Of a stretch of DNA of 64,000 bases, positions 32,290-42,241 are shown piece after piece. The number at the start of each line of letters is the position of its first letter. The first letter of the stretch is position 1. Under the pieces are notes generated by a model that saw only the letters and a list, made by a program, of their open reading frames with translations, made no database searches and was not told where the DNA came from. A program made the translations under genes and the position numbers. Source of the stretch: an uncultured delta proteobacterium (lineage in GTDB: Bacteria > Desulfobacterota > Desulfobacteria > Desulfobacterales > Desulfosalsimonadaceae); the NCBI GenBank assembly GCA_963826785.1, contig CAWGYD010000004.1, forward strand, positions 384,001 to 448,000, in the 5' to 3' direction.

Positions 32290-32630
32290 CCTTCCTTTTC
32301 AAATATGCAGGGCCGCTAAGTAGATGCCGGCCCCGTTGGTGGAAAATGCGAACCGCACCAAAAGTTTTTCGGCATACCGCTTGGCCTGGGCCAGCCCCTC
32401 GGTGTCGGCACATCCCGGCGCTTGGCCTCGATCACGGCAAGCTTCTGGCCCCGGTAGATCAACACATAATCGGCAATCTCAGCTTTTGCCCGCTGCCCCG
32501 CCCCCTGAATCCGGCCCGGCGCGATCACCTCCCGGCCGATCCGGCTGGCTGCCACCAAGGCCCATCCGGCGGCCTTTAAAGCCGGATCAATCAGTTCGGC
32601 GCGGGTTTCGGCTTCATTCATCGGCGACAT
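32290..32630 (-). pseudogene. hsdR: Type I restriction subunit HsdR, N-terminal remnant (EcoEI/EcoAI-like)
   Basis: MNEAETRAELIDPAL..GW, ADYVL, LAVIEAK, then frameshifted G.AQAKRYA..L..FSTNG; no helicase domain follows. Confidence 0.85.
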
Positions 32631-33627
32631 CCCGGATCAGCATGTTCATGATCAGCCGTATCATAGTCTCCTTGTTGACGGGATCGGATTCGGCCACCAG
32701 CAGCGTGAGGGCGGTCAGCCCGATATCATTTATTACCGGCTCCCCCTGCTGGTTTGCCAGCCGGCCGTTCCGGTGCAGAAAATCGATAAAGAGAAAGGCC
32801 GCACTGCGCTTGTTGCCGTCGGCAAACGGGTGGTTTTTGACCACAAAGTAGAGCAGATGCGCCGCCTTTGCCTCCACGCTGGGATAGGCCGGCTCACCGA
32901 ACACCGTCTGATCCAGGTTGCCCAGCAGCGCGGCCAGGCCGTCTTTGTTTTCCCGCGCAAACAGGTCGGTGGCTTCTCCGCGGGCCATCAAATCGGCTTT
33001 CAATCCGGCCAGCGCAGCCCTGGCTTCGTTCACCGAAGGCAGGCGTCCGCCGGATTCCGCCCTGGGCTCGGTCAGCAGCCCCTCGTCATAGCGCTGCAGC
33101 AGTAAAAAAGTCTGGGCATACCGGGTGATGATCTCCACCAGACCCCGCCCGCTGTCGGTAGTCAGCTCCCGGCTCCGGGCGGCCTTGTGCACCAGGTCCA
33201 TGGCCGCTTCCAGCTCCCGGGCGTTTTCCTCGAAGCGCCGCCGGTTCAGGGTCCAGCCCCGGGTGAGATGCTCCCGCAGCACCCGGGTGGCCCACTGGCG
33301 AAATCGGGTGCCCTGATGCGATTTAACCCGATAACCTACTGATATAATGATATCCAAATTGTAATGCTCTATCTCCCGTGAAACCCTCCTGGAACCCTCC
33401 TGGCGAACTATCCGGAATTTCCGGATGGTTGGTTTCCGCTCAAGTTCACACTCGGCAAAAACATTCTGGATATGCTCATTCACCGTTCGCACATCCTTGC
33501 CGAAAAGCGATGACATCTGCTTCTGTGTCAACCATACAGTGTCACTCTCGGGGTCCAGCAGCACCTCTACCGGTTTATTGGCATCCTGATAAATAACGAC
33601 AGCGCCTTGGGTGTCGGCATTGTTCAT
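32614..33627 (-). CDS. RhuM-like N-terminal domain fused to Fic/Doc domain
   Basis: WLTQKQMS.LF, EHYNLDIIISVGYRVKS..G..FR.WA (RhuM-like); HPFADGNKR (Fic/Doc motif). Confidence 0.9.
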   Translation of the reverse strand: MNNADTQGAVVIYQDANKPVEVLLDPESDTVWLTQKQMSSLFGKDVRTVNEHIQNVFAECELERKPTIRKFRIVRQEGSRRVSREIEHYNLDIIISVGYRVKSHQGTRFRQWATRVLREHLTRGWTLNRRRFEENARELEAAMDLVHKAARSRELTTDSGRGLVEIITRYAQTFLLLQRYDEGLLTEPRAESGGRLPSVNEARAALAGLKADLMARGEATDLFARENKDGLAALLGNLDQTVFGEPAYPSVEAKAAHLLYFVVKNHPFADGNKRSAAFLFIDFLHRNGRLANQQGEPVINDIGLTALTLLVAESDPVNKETMIRLIMNMLIRDVADE

Positions 33628-34061
33628 GCGGCGGCCTCTTTGATCTGACGGGTGTCGGAATATCCGCTCTGAAACCGGCTGCGGATCTCTCCGAAAATCT
33701 CGCCAATCTTATATTCTATGGTGTCCGGACCGGCGGCCCGTTGCTTAAACCCCCGCAAATAGGAAAAGAGTTTTCTGTTCACGAAATCGACCAGGTCGTC
33801 TCCGGTAAGCGCCGTGTCATGGTCGAAACCGCCGCCGGCCTTTTTGGGCGCGGCCCATGTTGACCAGCGGAAATGATCCTCGATGATGTAATCATAGGAT
33901 TTTCCCACCAGGGCGGCCTGCATGGCCCGCTCGTGTTCCAGATCATCGAGATACTTTAAAAACAGCATCCAGGAGGTCTGCTCGGTATAGTCCAGCTCCG
34001 TGGCGCATCCCGCCTCTTTCCGGAGCACGTCATCGATATTTCGAAAGGTTTGTTCGAACAT
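33624..34061 (-). pseudogene. hsdM: Type I methyltransferase HsdM, N-terminal remnant
   Basis: MFEQTFRNIDDVLRKEAGC.TELDY.EQTSW.LFLKYL..; ends after FQSGY without SAM-binding or NPPF motifs. Confidence 0.85.
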
Positions 34062-34127
34062 TTTTTTCGTCTTTTCAGTTTGTCTGCCGTGATGCCGCCC
34101 GCCGCAGGTGTTTTCGGTCCGATGCGG

Positions 34128-34385
34128 TTACAACCCTGAACGCTTGCGCATGACATTGTCATGCGCTAACTGGTATTCATAATGCGCTGCGATATCATTT
34201 ACATTGTGTTCATCAATTTCCAGTGCTTCTTTTGGAACCTTTTCATTGGCTTTTTTTATCGCTTTCAGGATTCCTTTCCCCTTGCGAAGCCATCTTAATA
34301 CCTCATTATCATAGCGTACCTGGTCTTTGGTGCGATCACCGATAACTTCATTTGCGTTTTTCAGATATTGTTCAAGCAGGTCCAT
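34128..34385 (-). CDS. Small hypothetical protein
   Basis: 85-aa AT-rich ORF (MDLLEQYLKNA..) with GGAG RBS; no recognised motif. Confidence 0.55.
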   Translation of the reverse strand: MDLLEQYLKNANEVIGDRTKDQVRYDNEVLRWLRKGKGILKAIKKANEKVPKEALEIDEHNVNDIAAHYEYQLAHDNVMRKRSGL

Positions 34386-34791
34386 AATCTCCCATTTCCG
34401 TAATTGTTCAGACAAACCGCAGTTCAGCCGTCCGGTGATAATCCAGCCGGAGATTTGCATAAATTGTGCATTTCGGAATGTCCTGTTGAAAAAAATCACA
34501 TTAACAGCATGATTTTTTTATATAAAGAATAATCTGTGGTGTCAACTCAGGAAATGATGAAAAGACGAAAAGATGCTGCCGCGGCACACGGGAACCATCT
34601 GTTTGTCGAAATGCGCATTCTTCTAAGGAAGTGGATTCAATTAAAACCGCCTTGACGCTGCACTTGTCTCGTTGTATCGATTTATTTTATGGAATAATAT
34701 GTTTCAATTCAGAAAGTCGATCCATGCGTCGGCTCGGAGATCCAAAAGAAAAATGATGGCCGGTCCGGCATGGCCTGGAAGAGGAGAATTC

Positions 34792-35409
34792 ATGAAATGC
34801 GATTGCAGGCACTGGGATGCCATATTTTCCAATACGGAAGATTCCAAACTGGGGTGGTATGAAAAAGACACGTCAAAAACCTTTGCGCTGCTTAAAAAAA
34901 TACCCGGCTGGGATAAAGCATCTGTATTTCTGCCCGGAGCGGGCACCTCGGTGTTGATCGAGGATCTGCTTTCCCGGGAGGTCCGGCTGATAGTAAACGA
35001 CATCAGCAGCGAAGCGCTAAACCGGGTCCGGCAAAGACTTGAGGATCACTCCCGTATATGCGGCTGGCTGTGCCAGGACATCGCCCGGCCGATTCCGGAG
35101 CCCGTTCCGGCAGCCGACATATGGATCGACCGGGCGGTGCTGCATTTTCTTACCGATGAAGAAGACATCAACGGGTATTTTCAAAATGTCCGATCCGTTT
35201 TAAGGGTCGGCGGCCATGCGGTATTTGCGGAATTTTCATTGACGGGGGCACCCAGATGCGCAGGGCTGGTCCTCCATCGCTACTCGGTGGATGAACTGGC
35301 GCAGCGCCTGGGGCCGTCCTTTGAGATGATCGATCAGTTTGACCACACCTATATCAATCCCTTCGGCGATCCCCGGCCCTATATCTACGCTCTGTTCAAA
35401 AGAGTATGA
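34792..35409 (+). CDS. Class I SAM-dependent methyltransferase
   Basis: HWD.IF....LGWYE, GAGTS.L, NDIS..AL, DRAVLHFL, G..RCAGL; GAGGAG RBS. Confidence 0.8.
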   Translation: MKCDCRHWDAIFSNTEDSKLGWYEKDTSKTFALLKKIPGWDKASVFLPGAGTSVLIEDLLSREVRLIVNDISSEALNRVRQRLEDHSRICGWLCQDIARPIPEPVPAADIWIDRAVLHFLTDEEDINGYFQNVRSVLRVGGHAVFAEFSLTGAPRCAGLVLHRYSVDELAQRLGPSFEMIDQFDHTYINPFGDPRPYIYALFKRV

Positions 35410-35546
35410 TAAAGATCACAAGAGTGCTTTGAAATCGCGGCTTGGGAGTTCAATGTATAGTTGAAGGTTTGGTTTGGAAACCGCTTTCAAGGTCTCTAAT
35501 TCGGTAAATGCTTAAATAATTTCATTTTTTTGTTTCCGCAGGTCCG

Positions 35547-35577
35547 ACACCCCCCTTTGTCCCCCCTCAAGGGGGGA
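35547..35577. repeat. C6/G6 palindromic repeat family, single arm
   Basis: ACACCCCCCTTTGTCCCCCCTCAAGGGGGGA; upstream flank TTCATTTTTTTGT..TCCGCAGGT is also shared with the 48810 copy. Confidence 0.8.
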
Positions 35578-35620
35578 ATGAATGGGAGCGGCGGTTCGGT
35601 TTCATCCAATCGGCGCGATT

Positions 35621-36670
35621 TTAAAACTGCTGCCGCATGCTGCCGGCCAGCACCTCCGGCGGGGTGAGGATCAGTTCGTTTCGCAGCAGCTTCTGGAGGA
35701 AGTAATCGTCGGTGCGGTAGTTTTCATAGACGTTCTGCCGGGAGATGATGCGGATGAAGCACCGGAAGGATTCCCTGCGCTGGTCCAGGGGGCCGGAGTA
35801 GAGCGCAAAGTTAAAGGTCGAGATCCCCATGCCCGCATAGCCGTGGAGCACCTTGACCAGTCCTGCGGCAAGGCCCTTCACGTCATCTATATCCATTTCC
35901 CGGAAATGGGTGCGTTTGGTCAGCACGCCCATGACTTCATTGGCGCCCTGGGGGGAGAAGGCGGTGATCCACTCCACCGGCCCGGTGGCGCCGATGTAGC
36001 GCTCCCCGGCAACTTTTTCCTGCTGGACCAGATCGTACCAGTAGCAGCTGTGATGGGCTTCGTAATACCGCTCGCCCGCGTCGAGAAGCGATTCGAGAAA
36101 GGTGAAGGGAAGATCGCCGCCCATCATCTGGAAATGGGGATGGGCGATGGATGCGCCCGCAGGGCCCAGGTAGTTGCCGTTGAGGGTCAGGTATTTGACG
36201 CTTTTATCCTTGGACAGCGCCTGCGCCAGCTCCAGGGAGGCCTGGAACGCTTCTTCCACCGGTGCCGCATTGAATTGATCCAGCGGGACGTAATGCTTTT
36301 CTCCCACCCGGATAACGGCATGGATCTGGCCGGCGGGGAAAATGTTGGGGAACAGCACCGCCTGGCCCACCTGGATGCGCCCTTCGGGGACCACGTCCGT
36401 GGGGTATGTCGGCGTCATGGCCGCCCACCGGTCCTCGCATAAAAAGCACCGGGACTCGCTTTCTTTCGCCATTTTTTCAATCAGGGCCATGTCGCTGCTG
36501 CCGTAGAACATGGCCACCTTGTCCTGAAGCCGCGGATTGAACACGCTCTGGGCGCCGGTCAGCGGGTCTTTCCGGATCTCCAGCTCCTGGGTATCCAGAT
36601 CGTTGTTCATCATGGGGTTGTGGATGGTCGACTTCTGGGTGTGCTTTCTAAATTCGATTTTTCGGGTCAT
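35621..36670 (-). CDS. GalT-like (HxHxQ) nucleotidyltransferase
   Basis: IRKDPLTG, CFLC, FPNIFP, GASIAHPHFQ; start placed at MTRKIEF after GGGAGG. Confidence 0.75.
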   Translation of the reverse strand: MTRKIEFRKHTQKSTIHNPMMNNDLDTQELEIRKDPLTGAQSVFNPRLQDKVAMFYGSSDMALIEKMAKESESRCFLCEDRWAAMTPTYPTDVVPEGRIQVGQAVLFPNIFPAGQIHAVIRVGEKHYVPLDQFNAAPVEEAFQASLELAQALSKDKSVKYLTLNGNYLGPAGASIAHPHFQMMGGDLPFTFLESLLDAGERYYEAHHSCYWYDLVQQEKVAGERYIGATGPVEWITAFSPQGANEVMGVLTKRTHFREMDIDDVKGLAAGLVKVLHGYAGMGISTFNFALYSGPLDQRRESFRCFIRIISRQNVYENYRTDDYFLQKLLRNELILTPPEVLAGSMRQQF

Positions 36671-36753
36671 GGGTGGCCTCCCTGCGGGAATTAACATACT
36701 GAATTCGGACCGGTTGTCAAGGTTTCCGTTTACACATCGAAATGCGGTTTTGA

Positions 36754-37845
36754 TCATGGGAAATCTATCAATGGACCCATTGCGGGTACGATATCGCATA
36801 CGGTCAGGCCTTCCTGGGGCCATCTGACCTGGTCGACTTTTTCAAGATATTTCCCGGCAAGTTCCTCGCCGAGCCAGTGCCTGGCCAGGGCCGGGTCATG
36901 ATCTTTTTGCTGGTTTCCGGCATAGGGGACGAAAAGATCTTTTAGCAGCAGGGCGCGGTACAAGCGGCGTTCTGCGAAAAGGGGCGCCATTCCCTTTTCC
37001 TGCCGGTATCCATTGATGCGCATGGGAATGGCGATTCCGGTGGGGTCGAGGTCGCCAAAATAGGCGATGCCATTTGCGGCGACCCGGGTTTCGATCTCCA
37101 TAAGACCGTCGCTGGCCCGTTCGGCCGCACAGGCCTGAAAGCCCTGGCCGTAAACCACCGCCGCGAAACACCGCAGGATTTCGTTTGCCCGGCAGCAGCT
37201 CCAATAGCTATTGGAATTTTCGACCACCAGGAGCGGTTTGCCGCCGGTTTCGCGGATGTCCAGGGAAAAGGGGTGGAAGGGAAGAGGTTCCGGACAGTAG
37301 AAACAGTCCAGGTCCGCCAGGGTGATCCGTCCCCCGAACAGGCCGTGCCGGACATGGCGATCCAGCGCTTTCTCGTCTCCGAAGATTTCCAGTGACCGTT
37401 CCCGATGGGGGAGAGGCGTTGCATCCGGTTTCCGGGTGCGCAGGTAATGATTCACCCGCTTTGCCCGTTTAAGCTCCTCGATATCCGAGAGGGTATGGGC
37501 AAAGGCCACCATTCGCGTCGGTTCCCAGGCCGTTTCGTTTCTCAGGCCATCACGGGTTTCCCGGCGCTTTTGCCGGGCCGCGTCTTCTTCGGTGCGCACC
37601 GCCGTCACAAAACGCGGCAGGCCCGTTTGCCGGTCCCAGCATTGCGTTGTGGCCGGGAGGCGAAGAAGGCCTTCCCCGGCCAGGTTATGAAGGATTTGCA
37701 GGATCCGGTCCCGGATTTCGAAATCGCTCAACGGGCCGAGCGGCTGCCGGCGGACTTCGGCCAGAATCGTTTCCATTTTTACCCGTTTCCCCCGGCCAGA
37801 TGCGATTCGGGCGATCACGGCTTCACGCAGGATACGGTCCATCAT
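36754..37845 (-). CDS. jetD: Wadjet JetD-like TOPRIM nuclease (DUF2220-like)
   Basis: RERSLEIFGDEK, LLVVEN..SY, VYGQG, YFGDLDPTG (DxD), PQE; directly after the SMC gene. Confidence 0.8.
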   Translation of the reverse strand: MMDRILREAVIARIASGRGKRVKMETILAEVRRQPLGPLSDFEIRDRILQILHNLAGEGLLRLPATTQCWDRQTGLPRFVTAVRTEEDAARQKRRETRDGLRNETAWEPTRMVAFAHTLSDIEELKRAKRVNHYLRTRKPDATPLPHRERSLEIFGDEKALDRHVRHGLFGGRITLADLDCFYCPEPLPFHPFSLDIRETGGKPLLVVENSNSYWSCCRANEILRCFAAVVYGQGFQACAAERASDGLMEIETRVAANGIAYFGDLDPTGIAIPMRINGYRQEKGMAPLFAERRLYRALLLKDLFVPYAGNQQKDHDPALARHWLGEELAGKYLEKVDQVRWPQEGLTVCDIVPAMGPLIDFP

Positions 37846-40800
37846 GCTTCTCCCGGCGTTTTTCCACGTTTAGTTCCGTGATTTCAAGGCAGTCATACGT
37901 AACGTTGTCGATTTCGAGCTTTTTGTCCCCTTTCCGGATGGCCACCCGGAGTTCGAACAGGTCGAGTGATTCACGGTCGTTGATTCCGGTCAGGTAGACG
38001 CACTGGATCCCCATGGCCCGGGCCACTTTCAGCTGGGCATCCAGGAAATCGGACCGGTTGCAGACCCCGAGCGGGTTGTCCAGGACCAGGAAGGCCGGGA
38101 TCCGGTCATCGCTCCTGTTCCGCCGTTTTTTTCGCATGGAGATCAGGAGTGAATAGAGGAGCACGGCGGTGGTGAGGGCTTCTCCGCCCGAACCCAGGTC
38201 CTTTCCCACCGGCTCGTAGTTGCGCCCCGTATCGTCACATTTGAGCAGGCGGATGCCGAACACCTTTTTTCCGGATGCCGCCTCCAGGAGCCGGTAGAGC
38301 AACTCCGATCCCAGGCAGTTGCCGGCCTTGGGATTCACCTCGGGAAGGCGGTTCTGCTCGATGAGTTCATTGAGCCAGTTTTCCAGTGATTGGTGAAAAA
38401 TATCCCCGTGCCGGGCGAAATCGAGGCGTGCGCCGGCCCGCAGAATCGGTTTACCGCCATAGATGTAAACGTCGGCGGGAATGGTTTCCTGGGCCGCCGC
38501 CTGGAGCTTCTGGTGGTATTCCCGGCTGCGCTGCAGGAGCATGTCCAGGAGGTTATCCACGATCCGCCGGGAAAGTTCCAGATCGCTTTCGATGTTGCGG
38601 GCGATTTCCTCGCAGCGCTGGATCAGCTCCCGGCCCTGGGAACCGAGGGATTCGGCATCGTGCGCCCGGAGCGCGTCGATTACCGCCGGAAGGTGGTGTT
38701 TGTAGGCTTCACCCTGGAGATCGACCTGGAGCCTTTCAAAAGCGCCGCTCATCTTGCGGCGGAAACCTTCGACGGCTTGCCGGTCCGCTTCCTCGGATGC
38801 GATCATCTCCTGCACCTGGTCCCCCAGGGACTTTACCGCCGCGATCCGCTCCCCGTCCGAGGCGGCGTTCATCAGGTCCGGCCATCTTACCCGGGGGGAC
38901 CGGTTGTCCCATAGCGGCGGAAAAGTACGGATTCCCGCCGCTCCCAGCTGGGCCTCATGGCGCAGCGATTCTATGGTTTTCTTTTCTTCTTCCAGTCTGC
39001 GGCAGCGCTGGCCCAGCCGCTGATGCGTATCTTCGTGCCGCGCCGCCTCGCTTTCGAACCGGTGCATGAGTCCGTCCGGATCATGGCCGGCCATATCGGT
39101 TTCCGTGATATCCGGAACAATTCCTTTTTTCCTTCGAACCGACAATTCCGCATCCAGCTGCCCGAATTCCCTGCGCTGATGGTCGAGATCGGATTCCAGC
39201 CGGGTCCTGGCTTCCTTGCCTTTGTCAAGTTCAGTGGTGATGGCTTCTCTGCGTTCCTCGCGTTCCGTTGCGCTCCGGGCGGCCCAGGTATCTGCGAGAT
39301 TCTCATCATAGAGGGGATGCTCACGACGAAAAACGACGAATCGGGCTTCCCGCCGGGCGATGATCTCCTGGAGCGCATCCAGTTCCTTCCGGAGTGCATC
39401 GATCCCCAGCTCACTGGCCATGAGGCGTTGATCTTCCATTGCCGCCGCATGAAGACCCCGGAGCGTTTTCAGGTCCAGCGAAAGGGCGTCTTCCTGTTCC
39501 GCCGCGGAAACGATAACGTCCCGGGGCCGGGGCACATCGCCGTCCCGGTCGTCCAGACCTTTCAGCTTTTCATTGAGTTCGCGAATATCGCCCGTGAAAC
39601 GCCAGATATCGTCCTGGATTTTTACAAGTATGCCGTCATCGGCCGCAATCCCTTTTTCCATTTCAGCAAGTGAGGATTCTGTCTCTTCCCTTTCCCGCAG
39701 CCAGCAATCGAGATCGGCATAGTCGCGCAGCCATTTTTCCACCTGGCCCAGCCATTCCCCGAACCGGGTCGCCTCCTCCGATAAATGCAGGTGCAGTTGT
39801 TCCTGTTCGCTTCTTTGTTCCCGAAGGGTTTCCGTCCGTTCCTCGGTTTCCCCGATTTTCACGGACAGGGCTGAAAGGGAAACCTCCAGTTCCTTGACCC
39901 GCTCGGACAGCGCCGCCACCGCGGCACGGTCCGGCCAGGTTTCCCGGTAGGCATGAAGGGCCCGGCTCGATTGGGCCATTTCCAGGAGGACGGCTTTTTC
40001 TTCGGCGATCTCCCGGCCAAGTGCATCCAGATGTTCCCGAAGCCGGTCCCGGGTCTCCGCCATGTGGCGCTTCGAATAGACCTGCGGATTTTCCGGCCGG
40101 ATCACGGTATGGGCGATGGGGATTATTGCATCCGGCGGGCAGGGGATTGAAATGACCACCGGACGGTGGAGCCATTCCGGAACCGGCAGGCCGCGCACGG
40201 TTTCGATCACCTCCGGGGTTGCCGCCATGATGCCGGTAAAGCGGCCGGGGTCGCCCTCGATGAATTCGGCCATTTCTTCGGGAAATTCATACAGGTTGGC
40301 CAGGTATTCCGGAAAGGACTTGATCTCGCCGGGGGAGACGCCGGCATGATGGTAATGGGCGATCAATCGCTGGGTCTGATCGTCTGCGGCCAGGGTTTCC
40401 GTCCGGCTGAGGCGTTCCATCTCGCTTTCCAGAGCCATGCGGTTTGCCAGCTTTTCATCCATCCGATCCTGGCGCCGGGCAATGGCATCATCCAGGCGGG
40501 AAATCAGCTCCGCGGCCGTAGGCTCGAAAGCCGGGACCCCCGCCATCCGCTGGAGATGGAGATCATCCCTGAGACGGGAACGCTCCCGGGCTTCTGTTTC
40601 CACCCGCTCCCTTGCCCGGTTGAGGCATGCATCGACATCCGACCGTTCGGTTTGCAGATTCCGCCACTGGCTGTTGCCGATCCGTATCTCCTCTTCAAGG
40701 GCATCCATCCGATTCCGGGCGCCAGTGATGCACGCCCGGATCGATTCGTTTTTCCCCTTCAGGCGATCCCGGGCGTTTGCGGGGGTTTCGCCCGGTTCCA

Positions 40801-42241
40801 GGGGAAGCGCGGCCTGCATGGTTTCCGCGGCCCGGATATTGTCGGTGATCCGGGCGATCTTCTCATCAATCGCCTTTCGTTGCGCCAATGCGGCGGTCCG
40901 GCGTTCGGTGACCGTCTTTTCGGTCTCCCGGGCGGCCTGTTTCCGGTTTTGCAAGGCCTCGATTTCTTCCCCGACCCGTTGCCGGTCCGCATCGAGGCGG
41001 ATGTGGTATTGCATTGCCAGCCCTTTGACCTTGTGCAGCACAGGGGCCAGTTCTGCATTCGCCTGGAGCAGGGCCGCTTCCTTGATTTCCGCCTCGGACC
41101 GTTTTTTCCGGATCTCCGCCAGATGGTCCGCGGCTTTCAGGGCCGTTTCCTCGCTTTGAAGCCGGTCGATCGCTTCCTTTGCCTGCCCGATTTCCGCTTC
41201 CGCGGTTTCAATTTCCCGGTCCAGCTTGTAGATCTGAACCGCCAGGCTGTTGGCTTGTGCGATTTCCATTCGGGAAAGGGCTTCATTCCGCTGAATTTCG
41301 GCTTCCGCGAGGTCCGGCGCGAGGGACTCCAGCTTCCGGCCGGCCGTCTGATCCGCTTCCTGCAGGAGATGGGCCGCCTCTCCCAGTTTCGCCTGCCAGG
41401 CATCGACCGCGCCGCGGGCGTTGCGCCATTGCCCGGCAATGGCGTCGAAATCGGAAATCTGCTCCTTGAGGTTCCGGGCGGCTTGAAGCTGCTTTATTTT
41501 CTGCGGGCGGTCCTTCATCTTGTGCATGGATTGACCGATGGTTTCCCGGAGGGTGGCGGCCGCGTCCATATCGGCCACGCACCCCAGGAAAAAACTCACG
41601 AATTCGGATTCGGACCGGAATTTGAACGCATCCTTGATCCCCCCTTCGGTCCGGGCGAAGTCGATCTGGCGGTCGATAAGCCAGGGATCCAGGCCGAGCC
41701 GCTCCAGGTTGTCGAGCCAATCCTTCTGGGAAGTGGTCTGCTGGATGAGGGGGGAGATGAAATCCCGGACCGCCTTGAACGGCTGTTCCCGGCGGAGAAG
41801 GGGACTCCATTCCCTGCGCAGCGCATCGAAGAAGTCCGCCGACTGGGCGATGAAATGAATGCGATCCGTCTTGTCCGGCGCGCCGGGGTGCCGGTAGAGG
41901 AGTTGTCCGAGAACCAGGTGCTCCATGGGCTCCTGTTCGAACAGGGTGGGTTGGAGCAGGGTCGCCATGTCCAGGAGAACCACGGCCGGTCGGCCCGGGA
42001 TAAGATATTGCTCCAGGGTTTTGTCCCCGCCGGATTGAAGATGCTGGACGAAGCGCTTTTCGGCCGGGCAGAAGACATTCAGGATAAAGGAAAGCAGCGT
42101 TGTCTTGCAGGTGCCGTTGGCGGCGAACAAAACCCCGTGGTCCGCCAGTCCGTTTTCCCGGAAAATGGGAACAAACCCGTTGCGCAGGAGATTTTCTCCC
42201 GCCGTAATGTCGCTGACAAAGATTCTACAGAGCCGATACAT
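37823..42241 (-). CDS. jetC: Wadjet JetC-like SMC ATPase (~1470 aa)
   Basis: N-terminal P-loop-like ANGTCKTT, two long coiled coils around a central globular hinge, C-terminal SGGE signature and LVLDNPLG Walker B. Confidence 0.8.
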   Translation of the reverse strand: MYRLCRIFVSDITAGENLLRNGFVPIFRENGLADHGVLFAANGTCKTTLLSFILNVFCPAEKRFVQHLQSGGDKTLEQYLIPGRPAVVLLDMATLLQPTLFEQEPMEHLVLGQLLYRHPGAPDKTDRIHFIAQSADFFDALRREWSPLLRREQPFKAVRDFISPLIQQTTSQKDWLDNLERLGLDPWLIDRQIDFARTEGGIKDAFKFRSESEFVSFFLGCVADMDAAATLRETIGQSMHKMKDRPQKIKQLQAARNLKEQISDFDAIAGQWRNARGAVDAWQAKLGEAAHLLQEADQTAGRKLESLAPDLAEAEIQRNEALSRMEIAQANSLAVQIYKLDREIETAEAEIGQAKEAIDRLQSEETALKAADHLAEIRKKRSEAEIKEAALLQANAELAPVLHKVKGLAMQYHIRLDADRQRVGEEIEALQNRKQAARETEKTVTERRTAALAQRKAIDEKIARITDNIRAAETMQAALPLEPGETPANARDRLKGKNESIRACITGARNRMDALEEEIRIGNSQWRNLQTERSDVDACLNRARERVETEARERSRLRDDLHLQRMAGVPAFEPTAAELISRLDDAIARRQDRMDEKLANRMALESEMERLSRTETLAADDQTQRLIAHYHHAGVSPGEIKSFPEYLANLYEFPEEMAEFIEGDPGRFTGIMAATPEVIETVRGLPVPEWLHRPVVISIPCPPDAIIPIAHTVIRPENPQVYSKRHMAETRDRLREHLDALGREIAEEKAVLLEMAQSSRALHAYRETWPDRAAVAALSERVKELEVSLSALSVKIGETEERTETLREQRSEQEQLHLHLSEEATRFGEWLGQVEKWLRDYADLDCWLREREETESSLAEMEKGIAADDGILVKIQDDIWRFTGDIRELNEKLKGLDDRDGDVPRPRDVIVSAAEQEDALSLDLKTLRGLHAAAMEDQRLMASELGIDALRKELDALQEIIARREARFVVFRREHPLYDENLADTWAARSATEREERREAITTELDKGKEARTRLESDLDHQRREFGQLDAELSVRRKKGIVPDITETDMAGHDPDGLMHRFESEAARHEDTHQRLGQRCRRLEEEKKTIESLRHEAQLGAAGIRTFPPLWDNRSPRVRWPDLMNAASDGERIAAVKSLGDQVQEMIASEEADRQAVEGFRRKMSGAFERLQVDLQGEAYKHHLPAVIDALRAHDAESLGSQGRELIQRCEEIARNIESDLELSRRIVDNLLDMLLQRSREYHQKLQAAAQETIPADVYIYGGKPILRAGARLDFARHGDIFHQSLENWLNELIEQNRLPEVNPKAGNCLGSELLYRLLEAASGKKVFGIRLLKCDDTGRNYEPVGKDLGSGGEALTTAVLLYSLLISMRKKRRNRSDDRIPAFLVLDNPLGVCNRSDFLDAQLKVARAMGIQCVYLTGINDRESLDLFELRVAIRKGDKKLEIDNVTYDCLEITELNVEKRREKHDGPYPA

